From assembly GCA_963791985.1 (NCBI GenBank), contig CAWBUN010000010.1:356083-420082 (forward strand): a DNA stretch of 64,000 nt, written 5' to 3'. Position numbers and translations under genes: made by a program. Below are positions 49,021-59,237 of this stretch, piece after piece (the stretch's first letter is position 1; every line of letters begins with the position of its first letter). The DNA is from an uncultured Solibacteraceae bacterium (GTDB lineage Bacteria; Acidobacteriota; Terriglobia; Bryobacterales; Bryobacteraceae). The notes beneath the pieces were generated by a model that was given only the letters and a program-made list of their open reading frames with translations, did no database searches and had not been told where the DNA came from.

Positions 49021-49941
49021 ATGGCCAACACCCTTACGGCACCCGGACTGACGACCGGACGTGCGCCCTTCGTGGAAGAAGCGCGCACGCGTGGCGAGCT
49101 TTATATTACACAGCCTTACGAGCTCTATTCTCAGGAAAATCATGAAGCCTGGCGGAGGCTGTTTGAACGCATCCAGACGCGTTGGGAACGCTATGCGAAC
49201 GATCACTTCCTGCGCGGGGTGGAAGCGCTCGACCTGCCGCACGACCGGGTTCCCCGGCTCACCGAGATCAATCGCCGGCTGCAGCCGCTGACCGGATTCC
49301 AGGCGAAGCCGGTCAGCGGGTACGTGCCCGGATTTCTGTTCTTCGACTGCCTGAGGCGGCGCGAGTTTCCGACGACGATCACGATTCGTCCGGCGGACCG
49401 GATGGACTACCTGCCGGAACCGGACATCTTTCACGACGTAGCGGGGCACGTTCCGATGCACACGGAGAGACAATTCGCGGACACGCTGGTGAGGTTCGGC
49501 GATTGCGCGGTGACGGCGGCACGGATTACGGCAGAGGTGAAGGATCCGGCGGAGCGGGTGCGGCGGCTGACGAGCATCATGCGGGCGATGTCGAGATTCT
49601 TCTGGTTCACGGTGGAATTCGGGTTGATGCGCGGGAAGAAGGGGACGGTCGCATATGGCAGCGGGCTCTTGAGTTCGTACGGCGAACTGGAGCACGCGAT
49701 TGAATCCGACGAAGTGCAGCGCTACCCGATTCAACTGGAATGGGTGATTAATCAAGTGGCGGAGATCGATCACTATCAGCCGATTTTGTTTGTGGTGGAT
49801 TCGTTCGAGCACTTATTCGATCTGGTGGATGAATTCGAGAAGTGGATGGTAGACGGCAAGCTGTACAACGTGGCGCCGGGGCTGCCCGAGATTGCTGAGG
49901 GAGACTTGCGGAGCTTCTTGGACGCGGCGGGCACGCGGTAA
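49021..49941 (+). CDS. phhA: phenylalanine-4-hydroxylase (pterin-dependent aromatic amino acid hydroxylase)
   Basis: AGGGAGGG RBS. PEPDIFHDVAGHVPMH iron-ligand motif. 306 aa like bacterial PAH. Confidence 0.8.
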   Translation: MANTLTAPGLTTGRAPFVEEARTRGELYITQPYELYSQENHEAWRRLFERIQTRWERYANDHFLRGVEALDLPHDRVPRLTEINRRLQPLTGFQAKPVSGYVPGFLFFDCLRRREFPTTITIRPADRMDYLPEPDIFHDVAGHVPMHTERQFADTLVRFGDCAVTAARITAEVKDPAERVRRLTSIMRAMSRFFWFTVEFGLMRGKKGTVAYGSGLLSSYGELEHAIESDEVQRYPIQLEWVINQVAEIDHYQPILFVVDSFEHLFDLVDEFEKWMVDGKLYNVAPGLPEIAEGDLRSFLDAAGTR

Positions 49942-49956
49942 GAAAACAAATCAGAG

Positions 49957-49982
49957 GGACAGGCCGGGAGGCCTGTCCTACT
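49957..49982 (+). repeat. family-A hairpin repeat (GGGACAGGCCGGGAGGCCTGTCCTAC)
   Basis: Between convergent phhA and the kinase-SPOR gene. Confidence 0.65.
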
Positions 49983-51124
49983 CGGAGTAGTTTTGGACGT
50001 AGAGGTCGCGGGGGAGACCTTTGCCTTTGGCGGTGCGCTGTAGGTGGAGGGCATCCTCGTGGGTCATGCGGCCGCCCAAGGTGACCAGGTAGTAACCGCG
50101 CTTTTCTTTCGGGGAAAATACGCTGGCGTGCAAGTCAGGATGGTTCTGGTTGAGCTGGCGAACCTTCTTGGCGGCGGCGTCGTGGGTATGGTAGGTAAAG
50201 GCGACGACACGCCACATAGCCTTGGCTACTACGGGCGTGGGCTTCACAGGAGCGGGCTCAGGTGCGGGCGCGACTGGGGGCGGTGCGGGGATGGCTACCG
50301 GACGCGGCTGCGCGACCTCCGCGGGACGGTGGAGATTCAAGGCGAGGATAAGGAGCAGCAGGCCGGCAGCGCCGACAATGATCCACTTGGGGAAGCTATA
50401 GGGGATTGCCGGCGGGGCCGTGGCGATGGGCGCAGGTGGCGGCGATGCGACGACGACTGGCGCCGGTGGCGCGAGGCGGATTCAAGGCGGCGGTAATTTC
50501 AGCGAGAGTCCAGCGCGTGTCGGAGTTTGGGTCGGCGGCGTGAGGGGCGATTTCGGCGCTGTACGGGGATGCGGGCATGAGGGCCTGCGTCCACAAGAGA
50601 CCCAGGGCGCGAATGTCTTCGGCGGACGCGGCGGGATCCGCGGCTTCGCGCAATGAGTCGGTGGAGAGCTTGATGCGCTCGCCGACGGCGAGGATGTGAT
50701 CGGGATCGAGTACGCCGATGGCGAGACCTTGGGCGTGGAGATAGCGAAGGGCGTCGAGAACGGAATCGAGAACTTCGCGGGCTTCCTGTTTGGTGAGGGG
50801 AGCTTGAGTGAGGGCGGAGGCGAGGGTATCGTCGGGCGATTCGAAGACCGCGTAGAGGACAATTTCGCCGCCGAGATCGGCGCGGCCGCAATCGATGAGT
50901 TCGAGTAAATTCGAGTGACGAAGTTGACGGGTTCGATGCCAGAGATCGAGCTGCGCCTTGCCATCGACGGATGCTTCGGGCACGAGCTTCACGACGGCAA
51001 GACGGCCGTCGGGGGCCGGCGCAGTTTTGAAAAACGCGGCGCTCTCATCGCCGCCCAGCCATTGTTCCAGAATGAAATCCCCGGGTAGGGACACACCTTC
51101 CCAGTGCTCCCGCAAATGAGTCAT
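49978..51124 (-). pseudogene. Ser/Thr-kinase-like domain, Pro-rich linker, TM helix and SPOR domain protein, one apparent frameshift
   Basis: Kinase-like N-terminus (VAVVKLVPEAS...LRHSNLLELID...YLHAQGLAIGVLDPDHIL). After a frame switch near 50455 the sequence continues PVVVASPPPAPIATAPPAIPYSFPKWIIVGAAGLLLLILALN (TM) and then the SPOR-like C-terminus (WRVVAFTYHTHDAAAKKVRQL...GYYLVTLGG). Confidence 0.5.
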
Positions 51125-51294
51125 AAATCAATCCTGTTCTAACGCGTGGTTGTTTTTATCGTAGAGCATCGTGCGCAAAATGTCGTGAGTAAAAGTTACG
51201 CGGATCACAGCGGCCGACACGCGTTTGAGAGAGATAGAGCAACTGGCCCTCCATGTGCAGCGCGTGACGGCTCAGCAGGAGGGAAAGGGTAAAC

Positions 51295-51789
51295 ATGTGG
51301 AATAAACGGAATGATGAACCAGTAGCGCCGGGACCGCGCGTAGAGCCGATGAGAACACCGTCGCCGACGCCGACGCCGGCGCAGATGGTTCCCACGCCGC
51401 CCGCGGCGGTGAAGAGCGGACCGAAACAGACGGCGACAATCGGGCCATCGATGACGATCAAGGGCGAGATCCGTGCCCGTGAGGAGTTGCTGGTGGATGG
51501 GGAAGTAGAAGGCCTCTTGGAATCGCAGGCACTGTTGACGGTGGGACCGAATGGCAAGGTGCGGGCCAATATCAAGGCGCGCGAGGTGGTGATCTACGGG
51601 AGCGTCCGTGGGAATGTGGAGGTCACGGAGAAGATCGCAATTCGCGAGCAAGGGAGCTTGATCGGCGACATCAAGAGCGCGGGAATCAGCATCGACGACG
51701 GGGCGTATTTCAAGGGGAGTATCGATATTATGCGGCCGGAACCCAAGGTAACGACGAAACCGGTGGTGAGCGAGGCTAAGGTAGGGTGA
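51295..51789 (+). CDS. bactofilin-family cytoskeletal protein
   Basis: Beta-helical core with repeated I.G.V.G motifs (TIKGEIRARE..VDGEVEG..; VIYGSVRGNVEV). Pro-rich N-terminal tail. Confidence 0.7.
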   Translation: MWNKRNDEPVAPGPRVEPMRTPSPTPTPAQMVPTPPAAVKSGPKQTATIGPSMTIKGEIRAREELLVDGEVEGLLESQALLTVGPNGKVRANIKAREVVIYGSVRGNVEVTEKIAIREQGSLIGDIKSAGISIDDGAYFKGSIDIMRPEPKVTTKPVVSEAKVG

Positions 51790-51802
51790 TCGCTCCCTGA
51801 CC
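51786..51802 (+). repeat. family-B repeat, truncated (GTGATCGCTCCCTGACC)
   Basis: Overlaps the bactofilin stop codon. Confidence 0.5.
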
Positions 51803-52085
51803 GGGACAAGCCGGAACGGTTCACGGACGAGACTACAATCGATATCAAGATCTTCGATTTCGTTGAGCGAGTCACGCGTGCGACCAAGGCCATCTGGCGA
51901 CGCACAGCAAGGTAGTTGCGGACGAACTCGGACAAGCGTTGGACGTGAACCCGAAGGGTTTACACGCGGGTTTCCTGCGCCCGTCGATATAGGAAGCCGC
52001 CATCGCGTCGATTTAGCGTTGCGCGTGAACCAATGGTGTATTGTGGGGTGGCAGTTCTTGGTGCAGCTTGTAAGTTATTCAACAG

Positions 52086-52130
52086 ATGGAGCGGGAGACC
52101 GGATTCGAACCGGCGACGTCCAGCTTGGGA
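52086..52130 (-). repeat. 45-bp direct repeat identical to the 3' end of tRNA-Gly(CCC) (candidate attR/attL of an integrative element)
   Basis: TGGAGCGGGAGACCGGATTCGAACCGGCGACGTCCAGCTTGGGAA is identical to 58593..58637. Flanking roughly 20 bp is also similar (AGCTTGTAAGTT / AGCTGTAAGTTG). Confidence 0.7.
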
Positions 52131-52650
52131 AATTACACGACACTTTAATTTCGGGCATTTAAAGAGCGCAGGTGTTGGTTTGGAGAGTACCGAGACACCT
52201 GGAAAAACAGCGGTACACCGCGAGCACCTCTCAATGGAGTGCAATTGGAGTGCAGCGCGTGCGAAACACGAACTTCCCTCCGTTTTCCAGAACTACGTCT
52301 TGCGGGGACAGCGCCCGTGAGCGGGATCGGGCTACGCCGAGCCGGCAAACCAAGCCCCGAAGCCGCAGTGGGACTTGCCTCATCGTGCGACGGTTCGAGC
52401 GCGCCAGGCAACGGGCTTTTCTGTAAATCTCAGGCGCGCCGGCCAGGCATCAATGTTTCAGCAACTTGGCCTGCCGTAAGGGCCACGTTAAGACGTAAAT
52501 GGCAGCGGTTCGCGCCCAAGTCCGCAGCCCTCTGTACGGCACTGTCTCCGCACCAAAGGCGAGCAGGCTACGCAAAAGGACCAGCGTCACCAGACGTGGC
52601 TGGTGACGAGTTGCGGTTCGCCCCAATCCTCATTGACCAGCTTCGTCTAG

Positions 52651-53857
52651 ATCACCAACCACCGCCTTGGCTTGGTGGGTTATCTCTCCCTGGCGGATCT
52701 GGGGGGCGAAGGGTATGCCACCTCCGGCAATCAGGGACTCCTCGATATCCGCGACGGCCTCAAGTGGGTGTGCGAGAACATCGCGGCCTTCGGCGGCGAT
52801 CCAACGAACGTGATGATCTTCGGCGAAAGCGGCGGCGGTGCCAAGACCTCCTGTCTCTACGCTATGCCGTCGGCGGCGCCTTACTTCAACAAGGCATCGA
52901 TCGAAGGCGGTCCCGGAATTCGAATGATGCCGCGCGAGGCGGCGACCGAGACTACGCTGATGACGGTGAAACAACTCGGCATCGACAAGAGCGATTGGCG
53001 CAAGATCCTGGAGGTTCCCGTGGACAAGCTGGTGGAGGCGCAGGGCGGCTGGCGGGGGGCGGCCGCTGGGCATGAACGGCGGGCGGAAAGGCATGGGCGG
53101 CGGATCGCGTCCCGGAGGGTTCGGGCCAGTCGTCGATGGCGAAGTACTGCCGCGACACCCGTTTGACCCGGAAGCGCCGGCTATCTCGAAAGAGAAGCCC
53201 CTGCTGGTCAGATACAACCGCGACGAGACGGTGTTCTACTTCAACCAGCAGCGCAACACCGAGGTCTTCAATCTGACTGAGGACACCCTGAAGGCATGGC
53301 TGGCGAAGGAGTTCGAAGGCAACGCCGACGCGATCTTCGAGACGTACCACAAGAGCCGCCCTGACGCGTCTCCCTCCGACATTTACATTGCCGTCACCAC
53401 GGCGCGCATGATCGCCATCGGAGCCACGACGATCGCCGAGCGGAAGTCCGCGCAGCACGGCGCACCGGCCTACATGTACGTGTTCAAGCACGAGAATCCG
53501 GCGCTCATACCGGGCACGCAGCACAAGATGGGCACTCCGCACGCCATGGAGATCACGTACAAGTTCTACAACGTGCCGCAAGCGGCTCAGCAGAGCGGAA
53601 ACGCGCCAACGCCAGGCGGAAATGCCGGCGGCGGCCTGATGTCGATTTCGCGGCCGGAATCGGTGAGGGCCGCCCACAACATGGCGGAGATCTGGAGCAC
53701 GTTCGCCAGAACCGGGAAGCCGGCGGCCAAAGGTCAACCAGAATGGCAGGCCTACACGACGCAGACGCGTGCCACTATAGAGATCGATGCCGATTGCAAG
53801 GTCGTGAACGACCCATATCCGCTGGAGCGGAAACTCTGGGAGCGGCTCGACCTGTAG
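52651..53857 (+). pseudogene. carboxylesterase type B, N-terminally truncated and frameshifted
   Basis: Frame opens at 52651 directly into the mid-protein motif ([37 protein letters not shown]). The N-terminal roughly 130 aa are absent. Frame switch at the G-run about 53050 joins ORF 52672..53166 to ORF 53072..53857. Confidence 0.55.
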
Positions 53858-53867
53858 GAACTTTTAA

Positions 53868-55166
<1,299 letters not shown>

Positions 55167-55274
55167 CGGCAGCGCTTCGACCATTAGACCCAACAGGCCC
55201 TTCGACCACAGCACCCGCCGACGGACGGCGGCGGGAATGGAATATCGCAGAAACTGTAGACGGAGAGCCCGCCA

Positions 55275-57179
55275 ATGTTCAAGAGTGCAATCACGACGGC
55301 GGCCCTTGCGCTGGTCGCCTTGCGCGCCCAGGAGCCGTACTTCCGTTTCTCGGCAGACCTCGTTCAGGTGGACGCGGTGGTTACCGACTCGAAGGGAAAC
55401 CACGTCCGTCATCTGGAGGCGGCGGACTTCCAGATCTTCGAAGACGGCAAGCCGAAGACGATCACGCACTTTTCGCGGATGGAAGGAAACCGCACGCCGG
55501 CGCGTGCTGGGGGTGTGGGGCCCGCGTCGGGGAATCCGACTAAGGAAGAGGTCAGCCGGTCGATCGTCTTCATGTTCGACGACAGCACCCCGCATGCAGA
55601 AGGGCTCCTGATGCCGATCATCCCCGCCGTGCGAAAACTGGTGGCGGAGCAGGTAGGCCCGAACGACCTGACGGCGGTAACGGCGAGCCGCGGAGGGATG
55701 GGGTTTTACCAGCAGGTGACCAGCGACAAACAGCAGATCTATGCCGCGCTGGACCGGCTGGTACATCGGCCGGGATTCGGGATCTGGACGATGGACATGC
55801 CGCTGGTGCGGAACCCGGACACCAACCGAATGGAGCCGGCGTTCCAACCGAAGGACGGCGAGCCCGGGCTGGGCTACCGCGACCCCAAGCATCCTCCGAA
55901 TCCCGTCGGTTATATGATGTGGGCGATCCAGGGCCTGCAGCACGTGCCCGGGCGCAAGGCTCTGGTGCTGTTCACGCACGCCTTTGTCTCGCCGCAGCCG
56001 CTGATCGACCTGGCGAATCGAGCGGGGGTGGTGATTCACGTGATCGATACGCACGACTGGTTTCATGACGGCATCGTGCCTTCGACCGCGCCGTACCGGC
56101 AATTGGCGAAGCAGACCGGGGGGCTGTTCCTGCTGAGCGCGCCTGGATCGGACATGGCCCAGGACCTTGGCCGGGTGCTGGAGGACATGAGCAGCTACTA
56201 CCTCATCGGGTACCGGCCAGAGTGGAGCGAGAGCGAACTGACGCAAGGGCGGTTGGCGCGGCATCACGAGATCAAGGTGCGTGTGTCACGGCCGGGGCTC
56301 GAAGTGCGCGCGCGCAACGGGTACTTGGGGATTCCCGAGCCGGGGCCGCAGGCAGCGCCGAAGACCTCGGCCGACTACCTGATGGAGGCGGTGTCATCGC
56401 CGTTCCGCGCGGGGAAGATCCGGCTGGGGCTGGAACCGCGCGATCGCGCTTCGGCGCCCGCTCCGAAGACCGAGCAACGGGGCGCCCTGCTCGAAGTGGC
56501 GATGCCGGTGGACGGCAGGGACTTGCGAGTGGCAGACCGCGAGAACGGGAAAAAGGGACTGGTTTACAGCGCACTGGTGATGGTGGAGAGAAAGGACGGG
56601 ACACCGGCCGCGAGGGAGGCGAGGACGTTTTCGGTGCCGTTGACGCCGGAACTGGCCGCGGAAGTGGCGGTGATGGAGGTGCGTCCTTCGCTCGAAATAC
56701 GGCTACCCGGGCCGGGCGCATACCAGGTGCGGGCCGCGATCCGGGACGAGACGAGCGGCGAGATGGGGTCGGCGTACGCGTTCGTGCAGGTGCCGGACTT
56801 CAACCAGCAAGAGGTGACACTGGCGAGCATCGAGCTATCGGGGTCGCCGGAACGGTGGGACGGAGGGGTGGGGAGTTTCCCGGCAGGTGCGCCGTTATAT
56901 TTTCGGTGCGGAGTGTTCGGGTTCCGGAAGGCGTCGCGGCCGCCGAACGAGGCCAAGGTTGAGGTGCAGGTGGTGCTCATCCGGAAGGCGGACCGGAAGC
57001 CGTACTCGGATAGGAGAACGGTGACGGTCCCGGCGGCGAGCCTGGCGGCGCACACGCTGGGAGGACGGCTGGACACGGCGGGCCTGGCACCCGGGGAGTA
57101 CGTGATTCAACTGGTGGCGTGGGACCGGGTATCGGGGAAGTCGGCGGTGCAGTGGGCGAGGTTGGGTGTGGGGCAGTAG
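55275..57179 (+). CDS. VWA-domain protein (VWFA-related acidobacterial-type)
   Basis: GGAGAG RBS. Signal peptide. Begins ...QEPYFRFSADLVQVDAVVTDSKGNHVRHLEAADFQIFEDGKPKTI, typical of this family. Confidence 0.7.
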   Translation: MFKSAITTAALALVALRAQEPYFRFSADLVQVDAVVTDSKGNHVRHLEAADFQIFEDGKPKTITHFSRMEGNRTPARAGGVGPASGNPTKEEVSRSIVFMFDDSTPHAEGLLMPIIPAVRKLVAEQVGPNDLTAVTASRGGMGFYQQVTSDKQQIYAALDRLVHRPGFGIWTMDMPLVRNPDTNRMEPAFQPKDGEPGLGYRDPKHPPNPVGYMMWAIQGLQHVPGRKALVLFTHAFVSPQPLIDLANRAGVVIHVIDTHDWFHDGIVPSTAPYRQLAKQTGGLFLLSAPGSDMAQDLGRVLEDMSSYYLIGYRPEWSESELTQGRLARHHEIKVRVSRPGLEVRARNGYLGIPEPGPQAAPKTSADYLMEAVSSPFRAGKIRLGLEPRDRASAPAPKTEQRGALLEVAMPVDGRDLRVADRENGKKGLVYSALVMVERKDGTPAAREARTFSVPLTPELAAEVAVMEVRPSLEIRLPGPGAYQVRAAIRDETSGEMGSAYAFVQVPDFNQQEVTLASIELSGSPERWDGGVGSFPAGAPLYFRCGVFGFRKASRPPNEAKVEVQVVLIRKADRKPYSDRRTVTVPAASLAAHTLGGRLDTAGLAPGEYVIQLVAWDRVSGKSAVQWARLGVGQ

Positions 57180-57252
57180 GGACAGATTCGGCGTGCCGGG
57201 GTAGTGTCTCAGTTTGAATTTCTGAGCGCAGTCCGTCGGGCGAGTCGCCCGA

Positions 57253-57786
57253 TTAAGCAGGAACGTACGTCAACCGAATCAAGTCATCGGCGATTAAATC
57301 GCTGGCCACCAGGTGGAGCGGCGGCCGGGGGCCGGCGAAGAATGGCTTGCCACCACCAAGCACGACGGGGCGGAGGTAGAGTCGATACTCATCGATAAGA
57401 CCGGCCTCGGTCAGGCTTTGCGCCAGGACTGGTCCGGCAACTTGAATCTCGCCAGCCAGCTCGGCCTTCAGCCTGCGTATCACCTTCTCGAAGTCATCCG
57501 CGACAAGCGTCGAGTTGGGGCCAACTGACTTGAGGGAACGCGACACGACCCACTTCGGCTGGCTCCGCCACACCACCGCGAACTCGCGATCCTCCGCGTC
57601 CCAATCAGGAAGATCTTCGTCCCAATAACGCATGATCTCGTACGTGCGGCGACCGTAAATGAGGCCCGTCGCGCCGCGCACCAGCTCGATGAAGTGACGG
57701 AAGGCCGCAGGTGCAGGCGGCCCAAGCTTCATGTGGTCGACGTAGCCATCAAGGGACTGGCTCAATCCGTAGACAAGTTTCGCCAC
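57253..57786 (-). CDS. dihydrofolate-reductase-family protein (RibD C-terminal domain-like)
   Basis: MAKLVYGLSQSLDGYV...GRRTYE...LYLRPVVLGGGKPFF pattern. Confidence 0.75.
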   Translation of the reverse strand: MAKLVYGLSQSLDGYVDHMKLGPPAPAAFRHFIELVRGATGLIYGRRTYEIMRYWDEDLPDWDAEDREFAVVWRSQPKWVVSRSLKSVGPNSTLVADDFEKVIRRLKAELAGEIQVAGPVLAQSLTEAGLIDEYRLYLRPVVLGGGKPFFAGPRPPLHLVASDLIADDLIRLTYVPA

Positions 57787-58109
57787 GCTGTAAATCTCCC
57801 TGCCACGTTCTTCAGAATAGCGTGAGCCGACGTCACGCTGAGGTGAGGTTGAACACTACCTGCGCGCCGCGTTGTCGATGTGACCAATAACCAGAGGTCC
57901 GCTTCCCAATCCCGAAATTCAAACTGACACACTACCGAACGGGAAGTGGGGTCCACGACAAGATCGAGGAGCAGATCGCCATCGAGGTTGGCTGTACCAA
58001 TGAGCGTGGCGGAAAGCGGCGCGCGAGTGGCGGCGGGCGTGATCTGGGCAATTGCGAAGACCGTTAGAATTGCGGCGAAGGCAAGACCAGACTTCAATTA
58101 GTTCGATAC

Positions 58110-58538
58110 GTGAACGTGCAGCAGAGGGTGTACCGCGGTGTGGTTGACACCCCGAAGGCATTCCATTCACGTCGCTGGGCAGCCTTGTCCGAAGGCGTGT
58201 TGGAGTGGACTGCATCCTGGTTGGAATTCGTTCCAGACCAGAGTCCCGAAGCCTGGATATTCCCGTCGGAGAAGCTCACGACTCCGCTCTCAAAAGACAA
58301 CTGCTGGCGCCGGGACTTCCTTCCCCGACTCAAGCCGGTTGGGCTGGACTGGGCCAATTTCCAGGTTATGAGGCGAACGCACTCCTGCCTTGCTGATGCG
58401 TTGGGAATCGACCCGCAGGTCTGAGTGGATCAGATGGGACACACGGTAGACGTGAACCAGAACGTATATACAAGGGCGTCGCTGGAACGCCGAAGAGACG
58501 CCGTCACTGCGCTAGAAAGAGCGATTGGCGTGATCTAA
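58110..58538 (+). pseudogene. tyrosine-recombinase/integrase C-terminal remnant with internal in-frame stop
   Basis: ...AWIFPSEKLTTPLSKDNCWRRDFLPRLKPVGL...VMRRTHSCLADALGIDPQV-TGA(58422..58424)-VDQMGHTVDVNQNVYTRASLERRRDAVTALE. The H-x-x-R...Y catalytic-domain pattern is visible. The N-terminal roughly 250 aa are absent. Confidence 0.55.
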
Positions 58539-58592
58539 TTGGAGCATTTTGGAGCAGGCCTTAAATTGGGGAGCTGTAAGTTGCTGATTTTA

Positions 58593-58667
<75 letters not shown>

Positions 58668-59237
58668 TCGTTGATTCGACTTGAGTATCGCAAAGTCAGC
58701 GCATTCAAAGCAACAGCAAATTTGGCGAGTCGCCGGAACTCAAGTTGGCTGGCCCGAATTCCTCGAACCCCTTCAGGTCGTCCGCTGCTCGCGGGAAAAA
58801 GGGAAACCGAACCAAGCAATCGGGCCCAGTGGGATGGATGATGAGTCGCGGCACTCCTTCGGGAAGGATGAGCCGCTCTAGCTGTAGCTGGCATCGCCCG
58901 CCAGTTCGTGCCGGAAAGTAACGGCGTCTGGTCTGGGTCTGCCATTTCGTATGTATGGAAGCGACCATGATTCCGATTCGCCGGGTTTGCGAAGGGCGCC
59001 GACTCCGATCCGGACATAGCTTCCGCCTACCGAAGCTTCCGCATATCTGGGCCCGTGATGGCGTCGTGGACCAGAGGGTCGTGGCGGCCAGAATACTTGT
59101 GGCCTTGGCACTCGAGGCTGGTGATCATACCGGACCAGTCGAAGCGTGTGCCGCGATGGGACCCGTTTGTCTCGTCCGGGAGCGCGATTACTGCGAGGAC
59201 GAGGCCGTTCGAGATCTCCGCTTGCGGATAGGCCATT

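Noticed and set aside
57762-58097. 111-aa ORF with signal-like N-terminus and an FG-GAP-like DGD stretch inside the islet.
   Set aside because: It overlaps the DHFR-like gene end, has no convincing domain and lies in the decayed region next to the integrase remnant. It may be a gene fragment. Not called.
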